Notes: a model not told the origin generated them from the letters alone. 63,458 nucleotides of DNA, filler included, from Candidatus Woesearchaeota archaeon (GCA_016180285.1; 3 parts of 3 records of this genome joined end to end with filler, not necessarily neighbours in it), one strand, 5' to 3'. Shown: positions 19,123 to 29,887, counted from the whole stretch's first letter. A program made the numbers and translations.

Positions 19123-20968
19123 AGCAACAGAGATGTCGAAGATAGTTATACTTGGCCCTAAAACAGAGATGGAGAAGGCAATAAAAACACTCTACGAGCT
19201 TAAGGTGTGCCATGTAATCGAGCATAAAAAAATAGAGGATCTGGATATCTGCTCCCCTATGGAAAAGGCAAACGATATTGCAAGGATTCTTGTAAAGATA
19301 AGGTCCATATGCTCATATCTTGGCATTGACATGAAACTGGCAGCGAAAAAGGGAGAAATGCTCGGAATAAAGGAGCTGGAGAGGCATGTATTCAGGCTGG
19401 ATTCTGAATTAGAAGCCTGCCTGAATGAGTTAAAATGCATAAGCAGCGAAATCAATGAAAAGTCCGGCTTGCTGAAATCTTTAGAAGAGATAAAGAGCCT
19501 TGATATCAGCCTTGATTCATTTTATTCTTTTGAGACATTGAAGTATTTTGTAGGTTATGTAAAAGGGTTTGAAAATTTTAAAAAATCCATTCCGAGTGTT
19601 ACGCCAAAATTCGGATTGCAGCACAAGCAATTCGGCAAAGGCGCATTGATTGCCCTTTTTGTAGACAAAGCGTTTTCGGATAAGGCTGCAAAGCTGCTGG
19701 AAGGCTTTGAATTCAGAAGCATAGACATTTCAAGGCTAACAGGGATTAAAGGAAAGCCAAGCGCGCATATCGGAAGGCTGGCAAAGCAGATTTCAATACT
19801 GGAAAATAAAAAGAAAGAGATAAATAAAAAAATATCAGATATCAGGAAACAAAATCAGGATTTGTTAATTCTGCATGAAAGGTTTTTGTCAGAAGAGCTG
19901 GAAAAGGCAGAAGCGCCGCTCAAATTCGGCTCAACTGAAAGCTCTTTTGTGATAAGCGGGTGGCTGCCTAAAAAAGATTTTAATAAAACAGCTGAACTGC
20001 TGAACAGTAAGACAAAAAACAAGATCTTCATAAAGCAAATGCCGATAGAAAAAGGCGACAAAGTTCCTGTCAAGCTTAAAAATCCCAAAGTCATAAGGTC
20101 ATTTGAGTTTTTTATGGACCTTTACTCGCTGCCGAGCTATAAGGAGATCGACCCCACATTCTTTATTTTCCTTACATTCCCGTTATTGTTTGGCTTCATG
20201 CTTGGCGACATGGGATATGGCCTGACAACACTGATTGTATTTTGGCTGCTGAAGAAGAAATTTCCGAAGGCAAAGGGGTTTTTTAACATACTGATATTCG
20301 CTTCTTTGGCCACTGTATTTTTCGGGGCGCTTTTCGGAGAATTTTTCGGCGCAGAAGAATTATTTGGCTGGCATCTGCCGAGGCTGATCAGCAGAAATCC
20401 TGAGCATGAGCTGATTCCATTGATGGCATTTGCAGCAATAGTCGGAGTCATACATGTAAATGTCGGGCTTATAATTGGCTTCATAAACGAGCTGAAGGCG
20501 CATGGCTTTAAAAGGGCATTTATGGAAAAATTCGGATGGTTTTTTTTGGAGGCAGGAGCTGCATTATTGGCCCTGTCTTATGCAAAAATAATAAGCATCA
20601 GCCCTTTTGCAGGCTATGCTTTAGCGGCAATAGCTGTTATTGTGCTTTTCCTGGGAGAGGGAACTAAAGGCTTAGTTGAAATACCGAGCATATTCGGAAA
20701 CATACTGTCCTATCTTAGGCTAATGGCAATCGGCCTTTCGTCTGTAGGATTGGCCATAGTTGTAAATGACCTGGCAAAAGGCTTTTTCCATTCAGGAGGG
20801 TTTTTAATACTGGCAGGCATTTTAGTTTTGGTTGCCGGCCATGCAATAAATATCGGCGTCGGGCTGTTAGGATCATTTTTGCATGCATTGAGGCTGCATT
20901 ATGTTGAATTTTTTACAAAATTTTATAAAGGCGGCGGAATGCCGTTCAAGCCGTTTGGAGCAAAATAA
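19115..20968 (+). CDS. atpI: A/V-type ATP synthase subunit I
   Basis: PSYKEIDPT, FGFMLGDMGYG, LSYLRLMA, LRLHYVEFF. Confidence 0.95.
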   Translation: MFKATEMSKIVILGPKTEMEKAIKTLYELKVCHVIEHKKIEDLDICSPMEKANDIARILVKIRSICSYLGIDMKLAAKKGEMLGIKELERHVFRLDSELEACLNELKCISSEINEKSGLLKSLEEIKSLDISLDSFYSFETLKYFVGYVKGFENFKKSIPSVTPKFGLQHKQFGKGALIALFVDKAFSDKAAKLLEGFEFRSIDISRLTGIKGKPSAHIGRLAKQISILENKKKEINKKISDIRKQNQDLLILHERFLSEELEKAEAPLKFGSTESSFVISGWLPKKDFNKTAELLNSKTKNKIFIKQMPIEKGDKVPVKLKNPKVIRSFEFFMDLYSLPSYKEIDPTFFIFLTFPLLFGFMLGDMGYGLTTLIVFWLLKKKFPKAKGFFNILIFASLATVFFGALFGEFFGAEELFGWHLPRLISRNPEHELIPLMAFAAIVGVIHVNVGLIIGFINELKAHGFKRAFMEKFGWFFLEAGAALLALSYAKIISISPFAGYALAAIAVIVLFLGEGTKGLVEIPSIFGNILSYLRLMAIGLSSVGLAIVVNDLAKGFFHSGGFLILAGILVLVAGHAINIGVGLLGSFLHALRLHYVEFFTKFYKGGGMPFKPFGAK

Positions 20969-20988
20969 CATAAACACGGAGGTAGAAA

Positions 20989-21222
20989 ATGGTAGATGTA
21001 GGAAATGTCGGGATAGTGGCGATCAGCGCTGCGTTTGCGCTTGGCTGCAGCGCTTTTGCAGCAGCATGGGCTGAGAAAGCAATAGGAACAGCAGCAATCG
21101 GAGCAATGGCTGAGAAAGAGGAGCTGTTTGGAAAAGGATTGATCCTTACAGTTATCCCTGAAACAATAGTTATCTTCGGCCTTGTAATAGCAATACTTAT
21201 ATTGGGCCTTGCAGGCGGCTAA
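20989..21222 (+). CDS. atpK: A/V-type ATP synthase subunit K (c)
   Basis: Two-TM hairpin with IPETIVIFG carrying the essential Glu; SD GGAGGT. Confidence 0.93.
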   Translation: MVDVGNVGIVAISAAFALGCSAFAAAWAEKAIGTAAIGAMAEKEELFGKGLILTVIPETIVIFGLVIAILILGLAGG

Positions 21223-21229
21223 ATCCAAG

Positions 21230-21775
21230 ATGGGCCTTGAAGAGCTGAAGCAGGAGATAATAAGCAATGCGGATAAAAGCGCAAATGCTGTTGTCTCTGA
21301 AGCGAAAAGGGAAGCAGAAAAAATAGCAAAGCAGTCAGAAGAAAAACTAGAGCCATATAAGAGAAAGCTTGATGAAGACCGGAAAACAGCGATTAAAGTA
21401 ATGGAAAAGACAATAAATGCAATGGCTGATTCTGAAGCTAAGAGGGCGATCCTGGACAGGAAAAAAGAGATTATGGAAAGCGTATTCGAATCGGTTAAAA
21501 GCAATTTGTCCAAGCTAGACAGCAGAAAGAGGGAGCAGCATATTGCAGACCTGCTTAAAAAAGCAAAGTCTGAGATAGAAGCCAGCAAGGTTTTCTGCAG
21601 CAGCAAAGATGCGAAGTATGTGAAAGGCCTGAAATGCGAAGACATGGATATTTTGGGCGGCCTGATGGCAGAGAACAATGACGGAACAATAAGAGTTGAT
21701 TACAGCTATGAAACACTGCTTTCAGACGTGAAAGAGCATTCAATGCAGGAAGCGGCAAAAATATTATTCGGATGA
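21230..21775 (+). CDS. atpE: A/V-type ATP synthase subunit E
   Basis: MGLEELKQEI..., ILGG...DGTIRVDYSYE, ends LFG. Confidence 0.9.
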   Translation: MGLEELKQEIISNADKSANAVVSEAKREAEKIAKQSEEKLEPYKRKLDEDRKTAIKVMEKTINAMADSEAKRAILDRKKEIMESVFESVKSNLSKLDSRKREQHIADLLKKAKSEIEASKVFCSSKDAKYVKGLKCEDMDILGGLMAENNDGTIRVDYSYETLLSDVKEHSMQEAAKILFG

Positions 21776-22530
21776 AAATGAAAAGCCTGATGAAATTCGA
21801 AGAGCCTGAAAGAGAAGGAAAAATCAGATTAGGCAGCTACCCCTATACTTATGTAAGGGTTGTTGTAATGAGGGCTCTTCTGCTGAAAAAAGAGGAATAT
21901 CACAAGCTGATGAAAATGAAGCTTGACGAGATAACAAGATTTCTTGAAGATACGAATTATAAAGCAGAGATCAACGCCCTGGCAGCAGAATATTCTGAAG
22001 CTGACCTGCTGGAGCATGCATTAAACAGGAATCTCGTTAATACATTTGCGAAATTAAGGAGAATCTCTCCTGAGAATCTGGACCTGCTGATCAACGCTTA
22101 TCTGAAGCGAAATGATGTTTTCAATATAAAAACAATCTTAAGGGGCAAATATGTCAGAGCATCTGAAGAAGAAATAAAATCCATGCTCTTTCCAATAGGA
22201 ACATTAGACTATGAACAACTGATGAATTTAACCAAGCTGGCAACAATTGAGGATATTTTAAAAAATTCAGGCACAGTTCCTTTTGATGTGTTAAAAGAAG
22301 CTCTTGAAAACTATAAAAAAGAGAATACATTGGCTGCGATTGAAGCGGCTTTAGACCATGCTTATTACAAGGAGCTGTTAAGATTTACAAAAAGATTGTC
22401 AAGGCAGGAAAAGCTTTTCAGGGAATTCATAGAAAGCGAAATAGAGATAGTAAACATACTTACGCTGCTGAGGCTCAAAAAGGAGAATCTGGACAATAAC
22501 CGCATTAAAAAATATCTTTTCTTTTTTGGC
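21772..22530 (+). CDS. atpC: A/V-type ATP synthase subunit C, truncated by the contig end
   Basis: YPYTYVRV, DVFNIKTILRGK, EAALDHAYY; runs into Ns. Confidence 0.9.
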
Positions 22531-22630
22531 NNNNNNNNNNNNNNNNNNNNNNNNNNNNNNNNNNNNNNNNNNNNTTAATTAATTAANNNNNNNNNNNNNN
22601 NNNNNNNNNNNNNNNNNNNNNNNNNNNNNN
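22531..22630. other. Artificial contig linker
   Basis: N run containing TTAATTAATTAA (stops in all six frames); identical structure at 42291-42390. Confidence 0.97.
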
Positions 22631-22948
22631 AATGATTGGGCTGACAAAATAAATGATGATGGCTCTTAGATCATTGTTGAGGGCATTAAGGATAAAAAGG
22701 CATTGGAGGGGATAGGAGTTAAAAACAGAATAATGATGCTGGGCAAAAAGCCAATATTTTCGATCATAGAAGATGCTTCTGCCAATAAAAAAGCAATCAT
22801 ACTGACTGACCTTGACAAAGAAGGAAAGAAGCTTTATGGAAAATTAAAAGATGGCCTTTCAAGGCATGGCGTCATAGTTGACAACAAATTCAGGGAATTC
22901 CTGTTCAGGGAAACCAAGATAAGGCAGATTGAAGGGTTAAATTTATAA
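22631..22948 (+). CDS. Small Toprim-domain protein, 5' partial, with an in-frame TAG at 22667
   Basis: IIVEGIKDKKAL and IILTDLDKEG Toprim motifs lie in frame with the ORF-track ORF. Confidence 0.8.
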
Positions 22949-22971
22949 ATGATTAAAATTTTCTAAAGCAT

Positions 22972-23818
22972 ATGGGGTTTTTCAATCAGTTCAAAACCGT
23001 GATCTTGTTGGGTGTTTTAGCAGCCATCCTTGTCTGGATCGGATCTTTTTTCGGAACACAGGGATTAGTTATCGGATTTGCATTTGCGATCATCCTAAAC
23101 GTTTTAACATATTTCTTTTCAGACAAGCTTGTGCTTTTAATGTATCAGGCAAAGCCAGCTTCTAAAAAAGAATATCCTGAACTGCATTCAATAGTTGAAG
23201 AAGTTTCGCATAAGGCAGGAATTCCAAAGCCAAAAGTTTACATTATCCAGAATGAAAGCCCGAATGCATTTGCAACCGGCAGGAATCCGAAGAATGCAGT
23301 TGTTGCATGCACAGCAGGAATTTTAAAGTTATTAAACAAAGAAGAGCTTAAAGGTGTTATTGCGCATGAAACATGAAATATCCCATGTCAAAAACAGGGA
23401 CATACTGATTGCCACAATAGCAGCAACAATTGCTTCCGTTATATCATATATTGCAATGATGGCGAGATATGCAGGAATGTTTGGCGGAAGCCGCGACAGG
23501 GATAACGGCAGAATGTTTGAACTGTTAGTTTTAGGCATTTTAACTCCAATAATCGCGACATTGATACAGCTTGCAATTTCAAGGTCAAGGGAATATCTTG
23601 CAGATTCATCTGCTGCAAAAACAATTGGATCAGGAGCAGGATTGGCGTCTGCCTTGGAAAAGCTAAAAGAAGGCGTTAAAAAAATTCCGTTCAAGAATGC
23701 GAACAAGGCTACAATGTCTTTGTTTATTGTAAATCCGCTTTCAGCAGCAGGAATTTTAAATCTTTTTTCCACTCATCCTCCGTTGGACGAGAGAATCAGC
23801 AGACTGAAGAAATTATAG
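22972..23818 (+). pseudogene. htpX: HtpX zinc metalloprotease split by a 7-bp duplication
   Basis: PNAFATGRNP...GVIAHE then HEISHVKNRD...SRSREYLAD...FSTHPP in two frames; tandem catgaaa at 23365-23378. Confidence 0.85.
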
Positions 23819-23830
23819 GGGTGGTTAAAA

Positions 23831-24061
23831 ATGGGTTTAGTAGCAACACAAACAGTGGATGATGTTGTTCTTGCAACAGAAGAACAAAAAAAACAGTGTG
23901 CAAGCGGTGAAGGAAAAGATTATTCTATTTGCCATGGTAATGGAATGATTAAATGCTGCGAAGTGGGAGGGTGCGAAAAATATAGAGGCATAGCAAAGAC
24001 CAGATTGGTAAGCAATGGCATATATATTGAAAAAACAGGTTGCACAAAACCCACAGACTGA
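23831..24061 (+). CDS. Small Cys-rich hypothetical protein
   Basis: SD GGGGTGG; 76 aa with 6 Cys. Confidence 0.65.
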   Translation: MGLVATQTVDDVVLATEEQKKQCASGEGKDYSICHGNGMIKCCEVGGCEKYRGIAKTRLVSNGIYIEKTGCTKPTD

Positions 24062-24118
24062 AAAACAAATTCCGATTGATTCATACTTCTGTTAAACAGG
24101 TCTGTTAAGAAGAAACAA

Positions 24119-24679
24119 TTATTTAATGATGTTCACATGAACCGCAGAATCCAGTTCCTCGGCTTCTAAATTCGCGCAGGAAATGCGGGATTGCCTGTTT
24201 TCCTTTGCTTCAATCAGCAATATCTCATCATATGCCATGTATAATGGGGCGGTCACATCAGTCACATATTTAGAATCTATTAAAACCTTAACCTGCTTTT
24301 TTGAATTTGCAGAAAGCTCAATGCTTTGCCCAGCAGAGTAGTATCCAGAGATTCCGTCAAAACCTGGATTTTTTGAGTCCGCATTGCTATACCTGATCTG
24401 CATCCCTTCACTCTTTTTGATTCCTTCCTTGTCATTCAGGCAGGCAACAAGTTGGGTAAGCGCAAATCTTCTTGGCATAAAAAAATCATTGTTTATTGTT
24501 ATTGTCTGAACGAGAACAGTGTCTCTTGGGACAGATGATCCTGAAAATAAGGTATTGAATGCCAGCGATTCCTTGGTTTCTTTTTCAACAGAAAAGCCTA
24601 TTTCGGAATTGCTTAAAGCCACAAGAATTACAATAACAGCCAATGGCAGCGCTATGCCCAGATACAGCTTGATGTTCAT
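24119..24679 (-). CDS. Hypothetical membrane-anchored protein
   Basis: N-terminal TM; ATGA overlap with the upstream gene. Confidence 0.75.
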   Translation of the reverse strand: MNIKLYLGIALPLAVIVILVALSNSEIGFSVEKETKESLAFNTLFSGSSVPRDTVLVQTITINNDFFMPRRFALTQLVACLNDKEGIKKSEGMQIRYSNADSKNPGFDGISGYYSAGQSIELSANSKKQVKVLIDSKYVTDVTAPLYMAYDEILLIEAKENRQSRISCANLEAEELDSAVHVNIIK

Positions 24680-24936
24680 TTTTTTCGCTTCTGGAATTTT
24701 TTAGACAGGTAAAAGCCCAGGCCGATCATGACTATAGCTGAGAAAGCCAAAAGCAAAAGTATCTTGTTCTTGGAGAACTTGAAAACATCAATGACAAAAC
24801 CTATTGTGAATATGTACAGGCATACTGAAACAAGGTACATTATCGGGTTCCATTTTCTTTTAATGGCGTAAAGTATTATTGCTGTGATCAGGCCAAGCCA
24901 AAAAACACCATACCCCAAAATCGGATACCATGCCAT
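24676..24936 (-). CDS. Small 3-TM membrane protein
   Basis: MAWYPILG..., three hydrophobic segments and a basic tail. Confidence 0.75.
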   Translation of the reverse strand: MAWYPILGYGVFWLGLITAIILYAIKRKWNPIMYLVSVCLYIFTIGFVIDVFKFSKNKILLLLAFSAIVMIGLGFYLSKKFQKRKK

Positions 24937-24937
24937 T

Positions 24938-25117
24938 TTAAATGTCCCTCTCCGCCATAAAGTCTGCTGCAAAGAAAAAAACAACAATCAGGCAGATCAG
25001 TATGATTGTTTTAACAACATTTGACAAGCTGAACAGATATTCATATGAAAAATAAGCAACAGTAATGAATAAGAAAATAATGCCGATGATGTAAAAAATA
25101 TACTGCGCATTTGCCAT
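24938..25117 (-). CDS. Small 2-TM membrane protein (59 aa)
   Basis: Not in the ORF track. MANAQYIFYIIGIIFLFITVAYFSYEY...AERDI; stop 1 nt before the next ATG; TATA upstream. Confidence 0.7.
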   Translation of the reverse strand: MANAQYIFYIIGIIFLFITVAYFSYEYLFSLSNVVKTIILICLIVVFFFAADFMAERDI

Positions 25118-25198
25118 TTATGGCTAATTGCGCATGCTTATTAATAAATGTTTCGAAAAAACGAAAGATTTATTTAGTGCAGCAATCCAAGGCAGATA

Positions 25199-25765
25199 AT
25201 GGCAGACTTTGAATTTTGGGATAAGCTGAAATATCTTTTTTCAGACCCCAATCTTTTCTTCGGAATAATTAAAAAAGAGCAGGGAATAAAGGATTCGCTG
25301 ATTATGTATGCGATAGTTAGTTTATTTATGACAGTAGTTAGCTCTATATTTTATTTTGGCCTAATGAGCATGATTGCTGGCAGTTTGATGTCTGGAGGTT
25401 ATTTTAGATTATCTGGCTTTTTTATGCCGGCGTTTGGTGTTGCAGGCTTCATAATAGGAATAATCATGACTTTTTTATATTCTGCATTAGTTCACGTTAT
25501 AGTTATTGCATTCAAGGGAAAAGCAGGCTATTCCGGCACATATAATGCTTATACATACAGCATGATTCCGTACTTAATTCTGTCAACTGTGCCTTTGGTC
25601 GGGTTTCTGGCAATAATATACTCCTTTATTTTGATGATCATAGGCGTTTCTGAAGTGCAGAATATTTCAAAAGGAAAGGCGGCGCTGGCTTGTTTATTGC
25701 CCCTTATTGTAGTGCTCGGAATATTTTTGTTTTTAATATTTAGTTTTATAATGAGATTATTTTAG
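25199..25765 (+). CDS. Yip1-domain membrane protein
   Basis: DPNLFF, KGKAGYSGTYNAYTYS..P, ISKGKAA; about 5 TMs. Confidence 0.8.
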   Translation: MADFEFWDKLKYLFSDPNLFFGIIKKEQGIKDSLIMYAIVSLFMTVVSSIFYFGLMSMIAGSLMSGGYFRLSGFFMPAFGVAGFIIGIIMTFLYSALVHVIVIAFKGKAGYSGTYNAYTYSMIPYLILSTVPLVGFLAIIYSFILMIIGVSEVQNISKGKAALACLLPLIVVLGIFLFLIFSFIMRLF

Positions 25766-25777
25766 GCGCTCTAAGCT

Positions 25778-26743
25778 TTATCTCAAATACACATTCCCGA
25801 AATCCTTGTGGTAGAAATAATCATCTTCTGTCTGCGCTGTTTCCTTTATTTCGCGCATTTGTAAAACTTTTGCATCAAGCTCGTCAGCGTAATATATTGT
25901 TAATGCTTCCGGAAATGAAGGCAGCTTATTGCTTCCATACTCCCCCATATGCGTTATTATGATGTGCAGGATTTTCAATTTTATTTCTTCCGGGGTTTTT
26001 AGCTGGTCCATTGCCCTCATAAGCATTTCAACTCCTATTGTAACATGGCCGAGAAGCATTCCTTTTGTTGAAACCTTGATGCTTGTTGTGACTGTGAATT
26101 CCTCTAACTTTCCGATATCATGCAGAATTGCGCCTGTTATCAGAAGATCCCTGTCCATTCCGTCATGGATCTTGAAAATGTCCTCGCACAGCTTTGCAAC
26201 GCTTAATGTATGCTCCAATAACCCGCCAATCCAGCCATGGTGGATGTACATTGCAGCAGGGCTTTCCTTAAATCTTTTCGCAAAATTTTCATCCTTGAAA
26301 AAATAATCCAACAGTTTTTTTAATTCCTTATTTTCTATTTTTTCAATATAATTCATCAGCTCTTTGAACAATTCTTCAACTGGCTTTAAGCCCATCCTTA
26401 CAAAATCACTCGCATCATATTCGCCTTTTGAAAGTATTTTGATTTTGTTTTCCTCATTTGCTGATATTTCAAATTGGCCTTTCCATTCATTGACCCTTCC
26501 CTGCGCTAAAACAACATCATCCGGCTTGATCATATCATAAAGAAACTTTACCTTTGCCTCTTCAGGAGAGCCCCAGTACTTGTACATGATCTCCCTTGAG
26601 CTGTCGCCTAATCTTAACTCAAACTTGTATCCGTTCTTGTAAGGCTCGATCGGCTTCTTGAACTTTACAACAAAGATGTCATTGACTATCTGATCCTGCT
26701 TGAAATCTTTTATGAACTGCTTTTTTCTTATTATTTCCGGCAT
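25778..26743 (-). CDS. OB-fold plus HD-domain 3'-5' exoribonuclease (YhaM/Cbf1-like)
   Basis: N-terminal OB fold, PAA..HH...GGLLEHTL, LHDIGK, LLGH. Confidence 0.88.
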   Translation of the reverse strand: MPEIIRKKQFIKDFKQDQIVNDIFVVKFKKPIEPYKNGYKFELRLGDSSREIMYKYWGSPEEAKVKFLYDMIKPDDVVLAQGRVNEWKGQFEISANEENKIKILSKGEYDASDFVRMGLKPVEELFKELMNYIEKIENKELKKLLDYFFKDENFAKRFKESPAAMYIHHGWIGGLLEHTLSVAKLCEDIFKIHDGMDRDLLITGAILHDIGKLEEFTVTTSIKVSTKGMLLGHVTIGVEMLMRAMDQLKTPEEIKLKILHIIITHMGEYGSNKLPSFPEALTIYYADELDAKVLQMREIKETAQTEDDYFYHKDFGNVYLR

Positions 26744-26881
26744 TTTGATCCCCAAGAATATGGAAAGTTGGCTGGTTATTTAAAGGTTTTCTTGAATTTT
26801 GCTGAAAAAAGGCATAAATTGTGCTTGTCCCTAAAAGTACCTATAGGAACCTTTAAATATAAGCTTTCATTAATACTGAGT

Positions 26882-27178
26882 ATGGAAACAAAACAAGTTA
26901 AGTTAACATTGCCAAAGAGCCTGTATGAAGAGGGAACTGAAATGGTCAGGGAATTCGGGTATTCCAATCTGCAGGATCTTACTTTAGAAGGCTTAAGAAA
27001 AGAAGTAATGGAGCTAAGAAAACAGCAGGCTTTAATGAATCTTAAAAAGAATTTTGGATCAGTAAAGCCAAAGCCAAGGCTGACGAAAGAGCAGAAAGAA
27101 AGAATAGCAGAAGAGCACACTCCGGAAAGATCAAAGGAAATAACAAAAAGATACGGCCTGGAAAGAATAAAGATTTAA
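26882..27178 (+). CDS. RHH/CopG-like antitoxin candidate
   Basis: METKQVKLTLPKSLYEE...FGYSNLQD. TATA about 25 nt upstream, preceded by the palindrome gtacctataggaac. Confidence 0.7.
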   Translation: METKQVKLTLPKSLYEEGTEMVREFGYSNLQDLTLEGLRKEVMELRKQQALMNLKKNFGSVKPKPRLTKEQKERIAEEHTPERSKEITKRYGLERIKI

Positions 27179-27600
27179 AGGTTCTCAGGATATTTCAGTT
27201 TAACAAGATCCTGCAATTCCACAAAGTCTTCCATGTTTCTTGTGACGAAGAATTTTACATTTACCCTGTTTGCTATAACAGCGTGTTTGGTGTCATTAAA
27301 TGTAGTATTTCTCTCTTTTCTTATTTTGCGTGTTTTTTCCTCATCCTCGGCTGTCACTTCAACAGCAATGACTTTGTCAAGCGCCATTAGATCCTGGATA
27401 AGCTCCCTGATTTTTTCCTTAAACCCGGCGAATTCCAGTTCATCAATAACCAGGTTAGAAATTATGATCCTATATTCGCATTCCATGCTTTTTCTTAGCA
27501 GATTATAGGCAAATTCCCCAAGAGGCCTTAATCTGTCAATTCTGCTCTCAAAATGATCGATGTAAATGTTTGTGTCAAGGTATATGGGTTCATTATTCAT
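27175..27600 (-). CDS. PIN-domain (VapC-like) nuclease
   Basis: IYLDTNIYID, VIDEL, FNDTKH, VTRNMEDF. Confidence 0.88.
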   Translation of the reverse strand: MNNEPIYLDTNIYIDHFESRIDRLRPLGEFAYNLLRKSMECEYRIIISNLVIDELEFAGFKEKIRELIQDLMALDKVIAVEVTAEDEEKTRKIRKERNTTFNDTKHAVIANRVNVKFFVTRNMEDFVELQDLVKLKYPENL

Positions 27601-27747
27601 CCCTGCATAGAAAAAGAAGTGTTTTAAATACCTTCTGACCGCAGCTGTCCACTGTGTCCAGTGGGAAATTACTTTGATAGGGGTAAAACAAATGACCCGG
27701 TTTATAAATCAGGAAACTTTAAATTCTAATAGCATTTAACATGCGTC

Positions 27748-28527
27748 ATGGCTAAGAAAATAAACAACAACGAAATATTATATGGAATCATTTTTCCATC
27801 ATTGAATAATCTGATAAAAATTATTGGTGACAACTATAAGAAAAAGGCCTTAAAACACGAATGGTACCTGTTAATAGAATCAACTTGGCCGATCTATAAA
27901 TATGAAGACCCTCATTCAGCAACCATAGTTAAAGCTTATGTAATATCCCAGAATTTACGCGAATATTTATCTGAACGTAATGCTGAGGTTGTTTTAAAAA
28001 GAGAACTAAAAAATCTATATGAAATATATTATGAGGCAATAAATGATTTTCCCGATCTAAAAGGCAAAATAATCACATCTTTTTCAGTTTTAATTGATAA
28101 TATTCGAGAAAATCTAGGAAGTAAATTTACTACACCAAAAGCCAACAAGATATTGAAGGAGAACAAACATTTGATTAAAAAAGAATCAGAAATGCCTTCT
28201 GAGGTTTCAAGAGAAAAGCAATTTAATAAATTCTGCGAATATTGTGGAAGCGGAATTGACTATTTAACCTCATATACTTGTAAATGGTGCCAAAAGGAGT
28301 TGTGTGGTTCGCACAGACTTCCAGAGTCGCATGAATGCAAAAACATTGAAGAAGCAAAAAAGCATCACGAAGTAGAGTTTAGAAGGGACTTCAATGAAAA
28401 GTATAGAAAAAGAGAAAATCAGGTCTATGTTATTCATAAGCCTTCTAAATTTAAAAAGATAGTATTGTTTATAGTTATTGCTGTCATAATATTACTTATG
28501 ATCCTTAAAGTAATTGGCATAATATGA
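27748..28527 (+). CDS. AN1-type zinc-finger protein with C-terminal TM
   Basis: CEYC...YTCKWC...CGSHRLPESHEC and a hydrophobic C-terminus. Confidence 0.8.
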   Translation: MAKKINNNEILYGIIFPSLNNLIKIIGDNYKKKALKHEWYLLIESTWPIYKYEDPHSATIVKAYVISQNLREYLSERNAEVVLKRELKNLYEIYYEAINDFPDLKGKIITSFSVLIDNIRENLGSKFTTPKANKILKENKHLIKKESEMPSEVSREKQFNKFCEYCGSGIDYLTSYTCKWCQKELCGSHRLPESHECKNIEEAKKHHEVEFRRDFNEKYRKRENQVYVIHKPSKFKKIVLFIVIAVIILLMILKVIGII

Positions 28528-28594
28528 CTGTAAAAATTATCTTCTATACTGACGGGGAAAGATTTTTATATTCGTAGACTTGTACATGTTTGTT

Positions 28595-29878
28595 ATGACA
28601 AAGTTCAATAAAACCACGTTGTTTTTATTTATGATATTGTTATTTTTAAAGTTTTCTTATGCAACTTGCCAAAAAGACATCCATATCAACTATGATGTTT
28701 CAGCACTCGATCAATATAACTATGACTCAAAAAGCGAATATGACTATCCTAATTTCAGAGAAGACGATTATTTGATAATCGATCACATTAGGATTGAAAA
28801 TAGAGCTAATTGCTCTTTTCCACAATCATTCTTAACCATGATTTTAATTAGTCCTTCAGGCAAATCCGATAATATTTGTACTCTGAATATACCTAAGATT
28901 CAAGCTGGGGATAGATATATTCTCGATTTACCTAATTTAATTGAAAAGAATCCAAATTATCAGTTGGGTAAGAAATATTCATGTATTCATACTTTAAATG
29001 AAAATGGCGAATTTGGTGTTAAAATGGACTTAGAAGAAATTTATGATGCTCATCTTTCAGGAAGTATTGGCCTCAACTTGATTCATGATAATAAAGCGAA
29101 TATAGGTAACAAATTCAAAGTTTATTCAAAAAATGAATTGTATATGATAGACTTGACTAAAAAATCAATTAAAATGACATTTATTGTCAGTATTCTTTCT
29201 GTAATAGTTGGAGCTTTTTTAGGACTTTTAATAGAAGAATACATCCAGAGAAAAAAGTGGGAAAAAAAGAAGAAAGAAGCAATAAAATCATTAATATACG
29301 AGATAAATAAAAATATTGAGTTTGCTAATGAAATAGTGAACAAAAAGAACCATCTTAGAAGGAACAATTCAATACTGTTGGGGAATTTTATTACTTTAAA
29401 TATAGAACGAGTTATTTTAAAAGGATATATACGGGAGTCTATTTTATCGCGAGAATTATTAGATTATTACGAGTCCTTACTTTTAATAAATAATTTTATT
29501 ATGAGAATTAGATTTTCCAATACTCAAGAAGATTTAAATAAAATAATAAAGATGCTTGGAGACAATAATAATATCAAAATAGCAAAGAATTTGATAAAGA
29601 ACCTGTCTATAGAAACAAAAATATGTAACTTAGAGCATACTGCGCCCATGATCGTGGAGAAGAACGAATTAAACAAAAAAGAAAAGATCATGCTTCTAGT
29701 AGGTTTAATTTTCGGTCTTCTTGGAGGATATATTTCAAATATTGCCGTAACAGCAATGTATAGGATTGTTGATAAACAGTATATGCCTTCAAATATTTTT
29801 GCATTCGTATTAGGAACCACTTTTATTTTCGGTGTTAGTATGTGGATTCTAAATATATTAAAAAATGATTTTTCTTAA
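28595..29878 (+). CDS. AT-rich hypothetical membrane protein
   Basis: Signal peptide, extracellular domain, TM, helical domain and two C-terminal TMs. Confidence 0.65.
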   Translation: MTKFNKTTLFLFMILLFLKFSYATCQKDIHINYDVSALDQYNYDSKSEYDYPNFREDDYLIIDHIRIENRANCSFPQSFLTMILISPSGKSDNICTLNIPKIQAGDRYILDLPNLIEKNPNYQLGKKYSCIHTLNENGEFGVKMDLEEIYDAHLSGSIGLNLIHDNKANIGNKFKVYSKNELYMIDLTKKSIKMTFIVSILSVIVGAFLGLLIEEYIQRKKWEKKKKEAIKSLIYEINKNIEFANEIVNKKNHLRRNNSILLGNFITLNIERVILKGYIRESILSRELLDYYESLLLINNFIMRIRFSNTQEDLNKIIKMLGDNNNIKIAKNLIKNLSIETKICNLEHTAPMIVEKNELNKKEKIMLLVGLIFGLLGGYISNIAVTAMYRIVDKQYMPSNIFAFVLGTTFIFGVSMWILNILKNDFS

Positions 29879-29887
29879 AAAACCTCT

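Noticed and set aside
20989..21222. Second Glu in helix 1 of the c subunit as a novel ion-binding site
   Set aside because: The AE..IG / PET pattern is also found in haloarchaeal and Methanosarcinales c subunits, and ion specificity cannot be read from it.
22531..22630. TTAATTAATTAA repeated at two sites (also 42291-42390)
   Set aside because: Artificial six-frame-stop linker within Ns; genes across it are not neighbours.
22667..22669. In-frame TAG in the Toprim gene suggesting amber recoding
   Set aside because: TAG terminates slyD, spt5, fba and htpX normally. The site is 37 nt from a contig edge, so a TTG>TAG error or mutation is more likely.
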